From IMG/VR virus record IMGVR_UViG_3300032286_001304, positions 33,941 to 97,940 of that record: DNA of 64,000 bases. One strand, written 5' to 3'. The notes under the pieces are model-generated. The model was not told where the DNA came from and ran no database searches. It saw nothing but the letters and a program-made list of their open reading frames with translations. This document shows, in pieces, positions 1-9,020 of the stretch. How positions within the stretch are numbered: the stretch's first letter is position 1; every line of letters starts with the position of its first letter. Source of the DNA: a virus. The translations under genes and the position numbers were made by a program.

Positions 1-1
1 A

Positions 2-430
2 GATATAGAATTTTTGATAAGCCTTTACACAATCAGGTTCTTCTTTTTCTAGTTGTTCCTTAAACTTTCCAAAGCAACGCGCAAATTGAGTTAAACCACT
101 ACTGGAAAAAGAAATTGATTTGTAATGATTTTTAATCCAATCAAGATGTTGCGCCGTGCCATGCTCACGTTTATAACGAATCTTATATTCATCTAATTGC
201 GCCTCAAAATGAGCTAGTCCCCATTCAAAATTATCTTTTGAACAGCGAAGCCATATTGAAGCGGGATGTTTATAATGAGCGTGCTTTGGAGAATTTTTGT
301 ATGGAGCAGTGCCTTCTGGAAAGCAAAAACAGAGCATTTGTAGAGACTCTGTTGGCATTTTAACTATATGCTTATTGCCTAATTGACGAGCAGCGATTTC
401 TGGGTCTTGGTTAATGGCAAATATGTTCAT
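2..430 (-). CDS. Pyrimidine dimer DNA glycosylase/endonuclease V family protein (3' end runs off the window)
   Basis: Hand translation MNIFAINQDPEIAARQLGNKHIVKMPTESLQML...HYKHPASIW matches the MNIF..D.DP..AA....KHVVKM..E..QML / HP...W pattern; not in ORF track because truncated. Confidence 0.8.
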   Translation of the reverse strand, partial: MNIFAINQDPEIAARQLGNKHIVKMPTESLQMLCFCFPEGTAPYKNSPKHAHYKHPASIWLRCSKDNFEWGLAHFEAQLDEYKIRYKREHGTAQHLDWIKNHYKSISFSSSGLTQFARCFGKFKEQLEKEEPDCVKAYQKFYI

Positions 431-491
431 GATTGACCTCTAACCTAAGTCAAAACGGACTCAAAAGCAAGCAAATTTTTTAGATTTTTCG

Positions 492-1475
492 CTATTTCAG
501 ACTGATTTCTGCATAAGTTGCTTTGACTGATTCCTCTAGCGAAGTGAATTCTTTCTTGTATCCTAACTGGTTACGGAGTTTTGTCAAGTCCGCAACTGTT
601 CTTGATTGGTATTGTTTTTGTAAATTATCTGGCAATGGTTCATATTTAAATAGATTATCTTTTGGTAATCCTCTTACATCCGCGCAAACTGAAGCTAATT
701 TTTCCCAAGAAGTTCCTTCGCCGGAACCAAGATTATAAATACCAGCTTTGCAATCATTGGTAAGGGTAAAATAAATTACATCGGCCAAATCATTGACCCA
801 TATGAAATCGCGTTCAAATACAGTATTTTTATCATCACGGAATAATACAAAGGGCGGTTTATCCGATAAGAAACGAGTTATCGGAGATGCCATTCTGCGC
901 TCAACCTTGTGGGATTCATCAGCACCAAAACAATTGAAAAATCTGAAACTGTAACATTTATGATTGCCAAAATATTGATTTAAATATTGCTCTATTTCTA
1001 TATCGCACAACTGCTTTGTCTTTCCATACAAGTGCGGAGGTCTTAATCCTTCCGTGCGCTCTGTAAAATCAGAGGAATTACCATAAACCGAAGCCGATGA
1101 AGCAAATATAAATTTAGAGTCTTTCTTTCCATGATGTTGAGAAAAATAAGCCCACATTCTCAAAAGGTCTTTTGTGTAGTAGAAATTTTGATATAAAACC
1201 TTTTCATAATCTTCTGGTTTTGTTGTAGTTGACGATGATGCGCCAAAATGAATGATATGGTCATAATCATCGACTTTGTTTGATATTAAAAGTTCTTTGT
1301 AATCATAAATGCCCTTAATGTCGCATGAAAGGATATTATGCATCTTTGAATGCAGAGTATCTAGTTTTTCATAAATATCTATGTTTATGTAACCTTCTTT
1401 ATTTAAACGCTTTATAACATTACTGGCAATAAATCCTGCGCCGCCTGTGCAAGCGATTTTTATATTTTTATTCAT
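492..1475 (-). CDS. hldD: ADP-L-glycero-D-manno-heptose 6-epimerase (extended SDR)
   Basis: TGGAGFIAS, GASSSTT, ASSASVYG, YGKTK and C-terminal LQKQYQSRTVADLTKLR typical of HldD/RfaD. Confidence 0.85.
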   Translation of the reverse strand: MNKNIKIACTGGAGFIASNVIKRLNKEGYINIDIYEKLDTLHSKMHNILSCDIKGIYDYKELLISNKVDDYDHIIHFGASSSTTTKPEDYEKVLYQNFYYTKDLLRMWAYFSQHHGKKDSKFIFASSASVYGNSSDFTERTEGLRPPHLYGKTKQLCDIEIEQYLNQYFGNHKCYSFRFFNCFGADESHKVERRMASPITRFLSDKPPFVLFRDDKNTVFERDFIWVNDLADVIYFTLTNDCKAGIYNLGSGEGTSWEKLASVCADVRGLPKDNLFKYEPLPDNLQKQYQSRTVADLTKLRNQLGYKKEFTSLEESVKATYAEISLK

Positions 1476-1812
1476 GTTTAATAATTGAAAATTTATCGTT
1501 TAAGCTCCATCCACCAGCAAATGCTTTACCATTTTTAATTCTAAGCGTTACAATGCAATCTTCGTCATCACGTTCAATAGCCTGACATTCAGTAGTATAG
1601 AATGTTTCTGTTTTATTTATTTCAACTTGTTCTAATTCTACAACTTCCCCGCCAAACATATCAACCCAATTTTTAGCACCTTCAAAGGTATTCCATTTTG
1701 CCGCATCTTCTATATTTCCTAAATAGGGAGAAGGAAGGTCTTCGCGGGAAAATTCCCCTGTATGATATTGAATATCATCACCAAATTCTGATTTTACCAA
1801 ATAAATTTTCAT
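1468..1812 (-). CDS. Hypothetical protein
   Basis: 114 aa ORF packed between co-oriented genes. Confidence 0.6.
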   Translation of the reverse strand: MKIYLVKSEFGDDIQYHTGEFSREDLPSPYLGNIEDAAKWNTFEGAKNWVDMFGGEVVELEQVEINKTETFYTTECQAIERDDEDCIVTLRIKNGKAFAGGWSLNDKFSIIKHE

Positions 1813-1823
1813 ACTAAATTTTA

Positions 1824-2306
1824 TTATAGTTTTTGTCCAATAGCTATTTTTCCTTGAAAGACACTCATTAATTCTTCGTTTTCTTTCATTTCTAATTTTT
1901 TAATTATATTAGTTGTAGAAATATTATCAATTCTATCTATAATACAAATATTACCACCCCATTCTTTACATTCGGGCCAACCGCGAACATTTTCTGCTTT
2001 GTAATCAGAACCTACAAAAATATATGTAGGTTTTAACATCATGATAATTGGAAGAGGGTCTGATTCAAAGCGAAGAACCTCATCGACAAACTGCGTATTA
2101 TATAAAGCCTCTATGCGTTTTGATTGCGTTAATAGTGGTTCCCGATTTTTCTTTTCACGAATATATTCATCTGAGTTACACGCAACAACAAGATAATCAC
2201 ACATACTTCTTGCTGTTTTAAGGATATGTAAATGTCCATCATGGGGACAGCGACCTTCTGGAGCGTCAAAAACCCCCGCAATGAATCCTATTTTTTTATT
2301 ATTCAT
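1824..2306 (-). CDS. Heptose 1-phosphate adenylyltransferase (stand-alone HldE/RfaE domain II-like nucleotidyltransferase)
   Basis: GVFD...HDGH (HxGH), VACNSDE, GSDY, ISTTNII motifs; close to hldD. Confidence 0.75.
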   Translation of the reverse strand: MNNKKIGFIAGVFDAPEGRCPHDGHLHILKTARSMCDYLVVACNSDEYIREKKNREPLLTQSKRIEALYNTQFVDEVLRFESDPLPIIMMLKPTYIFVGSDYKAENVRGWPECKEWGGNICIIDRIDNISTTNIIKKLEMKENEELMSVFQGKIAIGQKL

Positions 2307-2680
2307 TTCTTTTGAGAGTCACCAGCTAAAACGCGCAGAGAATCCATTTCATCATGATTTGTAGAGAATTCAAAAACTGTTGAATTAGTAATCGCACGAA
2401 TTTGATGAACTAATAAACGAGGGATTTCCACAATCTCACCCTTTTTCATAATTACTTTAGATTGTTCGGCATTAAGAGGATTAATTGTCATTAACTCAAT
2501 TTCGCCTTCCCATATTAAGAACACCTCACGCTTCTTAACATGTTGATGGGCGGAAAATTGAGCACCCGCATTAAAGCGCAAAATTTTCCCACAAAATTCC
2601 TCATTATTACATATCCAAGATTCTGAACCCCATCTTTTAGGGTGGAAAGTTGGTTTTAGAAAAATAGGTTCAATAGTCAT
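2303..2680 (-). CDS. Cupin-fold sugar isomerase-like protein
   Basis: KRWGSESWI..N.EFCGKIL, SAHQHVKKRE and HQIRA cupin metal motifs. Confidence 0.7.
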   Translation of the reverse strand: MTIEPIFLKPTFHPKRWGSESWICNNEEFCGKILRFNAGAQFSAHQHVKKREVFLIWEGEIELMTINPLNAEQSKVIMKKGEIVEIPRLLVHQIRAITNSTVFEFSTNHDEMDSLRVLAGDSQKK

Positions 2681-2724
2681 AGATAAATATGAACATAATA
2701 CCTTAGTTTAGTCAAGATTTTTTA

Positions 2725-3270
2725 TTAAGAATTTTTCAACTTATCAACTAACTCTCTTAACTCTTTCATGTAAATTCTTGCTTGTTCATCCCAATCATCA
2801 CTTAACTCTTTCCAATGAAAGAATGTTCCACCCTGTTCAGTCCATTCTTGCCCATTTATAACCTTGTCGTCAATTAAAATATCATATTTATTTCTGCAAA
2901 TTCTGGCTTTGGAGCCAGTCACTATCCATAAACGATTGATTTCTCTAGGCCAAAACTTCCGAATAGTGGAAAACTTTCCAGAAGCAGAACCAGAATCAAG
3001 AGAACTCTTTGTTAAAAATATCCAATCATCTGATAATTCATTAGCTAATTTTACACAGTCATCTGACCAACTATATTTATCCAAAGAAGACCAAAATGCA
3101 TGACCATTTATCTTTTTCCAAAAATACTTTTTACCACCAGCAATTTCATAAAGATTATCTTTAACGAAAGATTTTGATGGATATTCAACATTGAACTGAA
3201 CAGAGGCGGAACGATAAAAATTAATTAGCGTTCCGTCTAAGTCCCAAAACATTCTTATTTTTTTATCCAT
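2725..3270 (-). CDS. 5'(3')-deoxyribonucleotidase (HAD family)
   Basis: DLDGTL motif I, FW..L, ILIDD motif IV. Confidence 0.75.
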   Translation of the reverse strand: MDKKIRMFWDLDGTLINFYRSASVQFNVEYPSKSFVKDNLYEIAGGKKYFWKKINGHAFWSSLDKYSWSDDCVKLANELSDDWIFLTKSSLDSGSASGKFSTIRKFWPREINRLWIVTGSKARICRNKYDILIDDKVINGQEWTEQGGTFFHWKELSDDWDEQARIYMKELRELVDKLKNS

Positions 3271-3276
3271 TAAGTA

Positions 3277-4923
3277 TTAAGATTCGCAGGATTTGCAGGT
3301 CAAAATAGAACGAACAAGTTCTTGCGCTGGATTAGAGGAACGCTGATAATAAAGTCCCTTTACTCCATTTTCCCAAGCAAAAATCATCAATTGACTTACA
3401 TCTTTAGGTGAAGCTGTATGAGGAATAGTCAAATTAAGACTTTGACCTTGATCAATATGTTTCTGACGAGCACCAGCTTGAATTATAATTTCTTTCTGTG
3501 AGATTTCGCTAAATGTCTTAAATACATCTTTTTCATCTTCAGAAAGAAAATCTAAATGCTGGACGGAGCCACCACGAACAAGAATAGAATCCCAATTTTG
3601 TTTATTATTTTGACTTTTCTTTTCTAATAGTTCAATTAGATATGGATTCTTGTAGGTAAACTTACCCTTAGCCAAATCTTTAACAAAGTAATTGGAATTT
3701 AACGGTTCGATTGATGGACTTACTTGACCAAGAATGAAAGAGCTGGAAGTTGTCGGAGCTATCGCAATAGTAGTAACATTCCTACGACCATATCCTTTTA
3801 GTAACTCCGGTTCTCCAAATTTTTCAGATAGAGTTTTTGTTGCATTATCACACTTTTCTCTTATCACCTTAAAGATAGAAGAATTTAGTGATTTAGCACG
3901 CATTGATTCAAAACCAATCATCTTACTCTGCAAATAAGAATGCCAACCTAGAACGCCAAGACCTAAAGCTCTTTGGTTTTTTGCAAAATTATGAGCAGCA
4001 GACATATGCTTGATTCCATCGGTTTTATTTACGAACTCTTGATTTACTGCATCTAAGAAATAAACTAAGGTTTCAACCGCATCGGTATTTTTTATCTCAT
4101 CCCAATGTAATAGATTTACAGAAGAAAGGACACATACAAAACTTTCGGATTCAGAACTGCTTAAACAAATCTCATTGCAAAGATTAGATGCAAATACTTT
4201 TTTATTCTTATCTTTATAGACTTGTGGAGCATTGTTATTGATATTATCAATAAAGCTAATATATGGGAATCCAGTTTCAAATCTCTTTTTGATAATAGCA
4301 CCCCAAATCTCGCGCTTATCTTTATCTCCAGCAATCATTTCTTTCATCCACTCATCAGTAATTGTGACTGCAAAACTCATTTCTTGAATAGCATTGCCTT
4401 CATCTCTGATTCTTAGGAATTCTTTAATATCAGGATGTTCTACTGGTAAATAGGCAGCAAACGCACCTCTTCTAGCTGAACCTTGAGAAACAACAGTAGC
4501 AATTTTATCAAAAAGCTCCATGAAATGAACTGGGCCGCTTGATTCCCCTCCTACACTAATTTTAGCACCACGATTTCTTAGTTGTCCGAAATATCCAGAA
4601 GTTCCTCCTCCCATCTTTGACATTATTCCAACTTCAGAGGCTTTATCTAAAATGCCCTCCATTGTATCTGGAACAAAAGAACCAAAGCATGAAACTGGAA
4701 GTCCCCGCTTATTTCCAAAGTTAGTCCAAATAGGAGTAGCTAGGGAATAATAACCCTTATGCATATAGGATTCAAATTTATCAGCGAAACCATTGATACC
4801 TAGTATCTTTTCAGCGGCTTCGGATATTTGACGAATTCTTTTTTCTGGACTTACTCCCTTTTCGAGATAGTCTTTTGAAAGAAATTTGCGAGAATCTTCA
4901 TTTAGCCAGTAAATATTATTCAT
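3277..4923 (-). CDS. nrdA: Ribonucleotide reductase class Ia alpha subunit (short, no ATP cone)
   Basis: PVSCF, GGGTS, SNLCNEI, APTTSSS, DQGQSLN, LYY and C-terminal CKSCES. Confidence 0.95.
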   Translation of the reverse strand: MNNIYWLNEDSRKFLSKDYLEKGVSPEKRIRQISEAAEKILGINGFADKFESYMHKGYYSLATPIWTNFGNKRGLPVSCFGSFVPDTMEGILDKASEVGIMSKMGGGTSGYFGQLRNRGAKISVGGESSGPVHFMELFDKIATVVSQGSARRGAFAAYLPVEHPDIKEFLRIRDEGNAIQEMSFAVTITDEWMKEMIAGDKDKREIWGAIIKKRFETGFPYISFIDNINNNAPQVYKDKNKKVFASNLCNEICLSSSESESFVCVLSSVNLLHWDEIKNTDAVETLVYFLDAVNQEFVNKTDGIKHMSAAHNFAKNQRALGLGVLGWHSYLQSKMIGFESMRAKSLNSSIFKVIREKCDNATKTLSEKFGEPELLKGYGRRNVTTIAIAPTTSSSFILGQVSPSIEPLNSNYFVKDLAKGKFTYKNPYLIELLEKKSQNNKQNWDSILVRGGSVQHLDFLSEDEKDVFKTFSEISQKEIIIQAGARQKHIDQGQSLNLTIPHTASPKDVSQLMIFAWENGVKGLYYQRSSNPAQELVRSILTCKSCES

Positions 4924-4928
4924 AAAAA

Positions 4929-5894
4929 TTAAAATAGTTCGTCGTATGATTTGTTAGATTTGCTATATTCAACAGGACGAGATTTGAAGAAATCTGTCAT
5001 ATTATTTCCTAGCAACTCTTCATAGAACCAATCTGTATTAGATATTAGCTTATTGTCAATATCAAAAACTTCAGAATATCCAATTTGTTTTAAAGATTCA
5101 TTAATTCTAAATTTAATAAATTCTTTTAGAATAGTTTTTGAAATATTCTTTTCTGAAAAATCACCTAACATCCAATCTATAATCCTACATTCAGCAGCAT
5201 ATGCGTCAAGTGCTTCTTCTTTTACTTTTTCTTCAAGTTTAGAATCGAATAAGTCTGGATATTCTTCTCTAAGAACATTTATAATTTTAATACCTACTAA
5301 AGCATGAATATTCTCTTCATTTCTTGTATATCTAACTTGCTGATCTGTATCTTTTAATACATTTTTGTTGCGTGCAAACCAATTTACAATATAGAATTGG
5401 CTAAATAATGAAACATTTTCAACAAAAAGAGTAAATAATATTAAAGCGTAAATATATTGTTTTTTATTATCTTTATAAAATTTATGAGTATATTTTCTTA
5501 GATATTTTACCCTACCTTGAATCCAATCAAGTTTAAGATTTTCTTCAAATATATTTTCTATGCCTAAAACAGTTAAAAGACGCTCATATGCATTATTATG
5601 AATAACTTCTACATTTGCCATAACATAACCCATATCGGCTAGAGATGGATGCGGCAAATTTTCACCTAATTTAGCCCAAAATGTCTTGACTGCTACCTCA
5701 ATTTGTCCAATAGCAGATAATGCTCTAGTAATGACTTCTTTTTCTTCTGGAGATAAATTTACGTTAAAGTCTTGTATATCTTGAGTAAAAGAAAACTCTT
5801 TATCGCTCCAAAATCCATTATGCATTGCATCAATAAATTCTTTTGTCCAAGGATATAAATTAGGTTTGCGTGAAATTTGTTCGTCGAATAGCAT
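4929..5894 (-). CDS. nrdB: Ribonucleotide reductase class Ia beta subunit
   Basis: FW, EVIH..AY, ENVSLFSQF, EENIH di-iron motifs, DFF..RPVEY tail. Confidence 0.95.
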   Translation of the reverse strand: MLFDEQISRKPNLYPWTKEFIDAMHNGFWSDKEFSFTQDIQDFNVNLSPEEKEVITRALSAIGQIEVAVKTFWAKLGENLPHPSLADMGYVMANVEVIHNNAYERLLTVLGIENIFEENLKLDWIQGRVKYLRKYTHKFYKDNKKQYIYALILFTLFVENVSLFSQFYIVNWFARNKNVLKDTDQQVRYTRNEENIHALVGIKIINVLREEYPDLFDSKLEEKVKEEALDAYAAECRIIDWMLGDFSEKNISKTILKEFIKFRINESLKQIGYSEVFDIDNKLISNTDWFYEELLGNNMTDFFKSRPVEYSKSNKSYDELF

Positions 5895-6027
5895 AAAATT
5901 AAGTTTGTGGGAGCAAGATACACTTGTATCTTTGATTAAAAAAGAAATATTATAATTACTCTTTTTATATTAAAAGTCTATTAATTTTAGTGTAGAAACT
6001 CGTTATTGATTTTTTATAAAAAAATCT

Positions 6028-6279
6028 TTAATTGTTTTTAGTAAATCCAATAAATTTGAATATTTTTCTAAATTCAGATTCAGGCCCACACCAAGTAATT
6101 CCATTTTCATCATCGGTTAAATCTGACCAAGTATAAATTATTGGTTCATCTGTTAAATTATAATTATCTACATCTTCATCAGTTTCTATAAGTAAAACTT
6201 GATGTTTAGTTCCTTTTTTATTTTCCTTTGTTAATGCAAACCATCTTTGACCAACTTTTATCTCCTGATTATTCGACAT
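6028..6279 (-). CDS. Hypothetical protein
   Basis: 83 aa ORF in operon-like run. Confidence 0.55.
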   Translation of the reverse strand: MSNNQEIKVGQRWFALTKENKKGTKHQVLLIETDEDVDNYNLTDEPIIYTWSDLTDDENGITWCGPESEFRKIFKFIGFTKNN

Positions 6280-6463
6280 TATTATTGATTTCTTTTATTT
6301 TACAATTTAAGTAATCCGCTTCTTCGCGTGTGGCATCACGCCAATTATATGCAATAACAAAATCACCTCTATAACTAAAAAATTTTCTTTTTCCAGTTAA
6401 GACCTGTAAAATCTGTTTTCCAAATATATTTTGGCGAAATCCAAATTTAATTATTTTTCTCAT
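6269..6463 (-). CDS. Hypothetical protein
   Basis: 64 aa ORF tightly coupled to neighbours. Confidence 0.5.
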   Translation of the reverse strand: MRKIIKFGFRQNIFGKQILQVLTGKRKFFSYRGDFVIAYNWRDATREEADYLNCKIKEINNNVE

Positions 6464-6465
6464 AA

Positions 6466-7011
6466 TTAAGAGCCGCTACTTCCAAATCCACCATTACCAC
6501 GCTCTGTTTCATCTAAAGATAAGTATTCAGCAATAGAAACTGAATGTTGCATTGTTACAATTAATTGAGCAATTTTATCTCCAATTTTATAAATTCTATT
6601 TTCATCAATTTCAATTCCAAAATTAGGCCATTTTTCTGGATTTAGAAATATAAAATCTTGAGCCTGTGGAATATATTTATAACGAATCATTAGACTGCCA
6701 GTATATCCAGAATCAATTAAGCCATAACTATTAGATTGAATTAAATTAGTTTTACTAATAGATGAACGTGGTGCTAAATAAGTAAAGTAATCATGGCGTT
6801 CCCTAAGATTAGAAGTAAATGATATTGGCTGAATGCTAATTCCACAATCATATTCAATATAATCAATTCTTTTATACAAATTTGTAAATCCATCCAGTGT
6901 TTCGCCTACAATTTTCATTGAATAGGCATAAACATCTAGTCCAGCATCGCTTTCATTTGCGCGAGTTGGAATTTTTGAATCTTGATAATTTTTTTTTACT
7001 TTTAGTATCAT
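6466..7011 (-). CDS. dut: dUTPase (trimeric type)
   Basis: AGLD, PRSS, GLIDSGYTG, KIAQL, RGNGGFGSSG motifs I-V. Confidence 0.95.
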   Translation of the reverse strand: MILKVKKNYQDSKIPTRANESDAGLDVYAYSMKIVGETLDGFTNLYKRIDYIEYDCGISIQPISFTSNLRERHDYFTYLAPRSSISKTNLIQSNSYGLIDSGYTGSLMIRYKYIPQAQDFIFLNPEKWPNFGIEIDENRIYKIGDKIAQLIVTMQHSVSIAEYLSLDETERGNGGFGSSGS

Positions 7012-7037
7012 ATTATTTTAATATATTTTATATAATT

Positions 7038-7484
7038 TTATTTATTTTTTTTATTAACTTTTGTTTTTTTATTTTTAATAATATGCATTTTGTTAAATTC
7101 ATCTTCAAGTTCCTTATCAAAAACTAAATCTTTGCATTTATCAATGGCTAATAAGCAAACAAACGCCATAATACATTCTGAAGCTACATAAACAGGTTCG
7201 GATTCTAAAATATGATCTAAATCAAAACCCTCCTTATCTAAATATTTAACTTTTTCTGTTTTTACTACAACACCAAAAAATTTATTTTTCTTAGTTTTAT
7301 TTATACCGATAAATCCAACTCTTGGAGCTATAGAGTTTGGATAAATAACATAACTCAATGTTTCATCTTGTTTTTCACTATCTTTTGGATGATATTCGCA
7401 TTCAAATGGAATATTATTAGTTGTAAAACATTCTAAAATTTTGTTATGATATTTTTCGAGTGATATATTTTTTATATTTAACAT
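7038..7484 (-). CDS. Hypothetical protein
   Basis: 148 aa ORF in run. Confidence 0.55.
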   Translation of the reverse strand: MLNIKNISLEKYHNKILECFTTNNIPFECEYHPKDSEKQDETLSYVIYPNSIAPRVGFIGINKTKKNKFFGVVVKTEKVKYLDKEGFDLDHILESEPVYVASECIMAFVCLLAIDKCKDLVFDKELEDEFNKMHIIKNKKTKVNKKNK

Positions 7485-7485
7485 A

Positions 7486-8286
7486 TTAATAATTTGTAAT
7501 TAAAATTTCTTTATAATCTTTATTTTTCTTTCTGGCTACCTTTTCATAGTCAAATTCTAAATAATGGACTTTGTATTTAGATTCGATTAAAGACTCTAGT
7601 AATAGAGATTTCTCATCGCATAGGACGCCAGATACGGCGAAGGTTGCCCCAGCCTTATCTGCTTTATTTAGGTAGTTAGATAGATTGATTTCTTTTTCTA
7701 TACTCCAGTAAGCATTATATCCTGCCTCTGTTTGATAGTAAGGAGGGTCACAGTAAATAAAGGTCTTTGAAAGGTCAAATGGATGAACGCTCGAAAAATC
7801 TAAACTTGTATAATATAACTTATTTTTAAACTTCTCAATATGTTCAACCCATTTGTTTATTTTTAATTCTGTATTTTTATTAAAAGTTCTTTTTCCAAAA
7901 GTTTGATTGAAATAGAAAGACTTATTAAAACGCATCATGTTGTTTGTGCAACTCAACATTAACGCGAATAACTTTTCTGGAGATTTTTCTGAATTGTAAC
8001 TATCTCTTAGTGTATGATAAAGATTTTGGTCATCTTTAGCTGGACATAGCAGCTTTACTCTTTCTACAAAAGATTTATCATTAACTAATGAATAATGAAT
8101 TTCTACTAAATTCTTAATTATGTCATTAGCCCAGATTTTTTCATATTTATCTAAAATATTTGTGTAAACAGAACCTCCACCGCAAAATAAATCCAAAAAA
8201 TATGGTTTTGAATAATCAAATTTAGGTAGAATCTGTTCTAAAAGTTTATATTTAGAACCAGTATAATTAAAAGGTGTTTCTATCAT
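7486..8286 (-). CDS. DNA adenine methyltransferase (Dam/D12 class)
   Basis: PFNYTGSK, DLFCGGGSV (motif I), YCDPPY (motif IV). Confidence 0.9.
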   Translation of the reverse strand: MIETPFNYTGSKYKLLEQILPKFDYSKPYFLDLFCGGGSVYTNILDKYEKIWANDIIKNLVEIHYSLVNDKSFVERVKLLCPAKDDQNLYHTLRDSYNSEKSPEKLFALMLSCTNNMMRFNKSFYFNQTFGKRTFNKNTELKINKWVEHIEKFKNKLYYTSLDFSSVHPFDLSKTFIYCDPPYYQTEAGYNAYWSIEKEINLSNYLNKADKAGATFAVSGVLCDEKSLLLESLIESKYKVHYLEFDYEKVARKKNKDYKEILITNY

Positions 8287-8612
8287 GATTTATTTATATA
8301 AATTTTAAATCCAAACTCCATCAAAGTGCAGTGATTTAAGTTATCAATCAAATAATTTACGAACATATCATTGAATGTTCTTTTATCTAAAACTTTAAAA
8401 ATATTTTTATTTATTCTCTTATCATTGAAAACTTTGTAACATATTATAGAAATACATAAATCCTTTTGATATATGAATGATTCATGTGGATAAAAATTAG
8501 CTATATGTTTTTCTTTAGCTTTTTTAGGATTTTCTGCATAACTTAGATAAATATATTGGCTATATCCTTCTCCAGTAGCGCAATGCTCATGATAAGTTAA
8601 ATAATAATGCAT
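8283..8612 (-). CDS. Hypothetical protein
   Basis: 109 aa ORF, ATGA overlap with next gene. Confidence 0.55.
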   Translation of the reverse strand: MHYYLTYHEHCATGEGYSQYIYLSYAENPKKAKEKHIANFYPHESFIYQKDLCISIICYKVFNDKRINKNIFKVLDKRTFNDMFVNYLIDNLNHCTLMEFGFKIYINKS

Positions 8613-8614
8613 TT

Positions 8615-8863
8615 TTATTTTTTGGATTTATGAATCAAACATCCTTCACACGGAACCAAATATCCCATTTCTCTTCCTTGTATTGTATCTTCACGATATA
8701 TATTCAGTCCAGTTGCCGAACAACACTCCTGCGTCCCAAAATGTTTAGTGCGTAAAAATATACATATTTTCCCTTTGTTCCAATCAATCGCACAAGTTGG
8801 TTGTCCAAATGGAGTGTAAAAAGCTTTTAATTTTACATTAATTAGTTTTTCTTGTTTTTGCAT
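8615..8863 (-). CDS. Hypothetical Cys-rich protein
   Basis: 82 aa ORF. Confidence 0.5.
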   Translation of the reverse strand: MQKQEKLINVKLKAFYTPFGQPTCAIDWNKGKICIFLRTKHFGTQECCSATGLNIYREDTIQGREMGYLVPCEGCLIHKSKK

Positions 8864-9020
8864 GTTTTATGATTATCTTATCAGTATCTTTTATTGCATT
8901 ACCAGCTAATGCTCTAATGACAGACTCGGCTCCTTTGAATGCATATTCCCTTGTCAATTCGGGAACAGTATAAATAAATGTTTTAGTCCCGTTCCTATGT
9001 CTAATGACTTTAAGTGGCAT
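8838..9020 (-). CDS. Hypothetical protein
   Basis: 60 aa ORF overlapping dnaE stop. Confidence 0.4.
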   Translation of the reverse strand: MPLKVIRHRNGTKTFIYTVPELTREYAFKGAESVIRALAGNAIKDTDKIIIKHAKTRKTN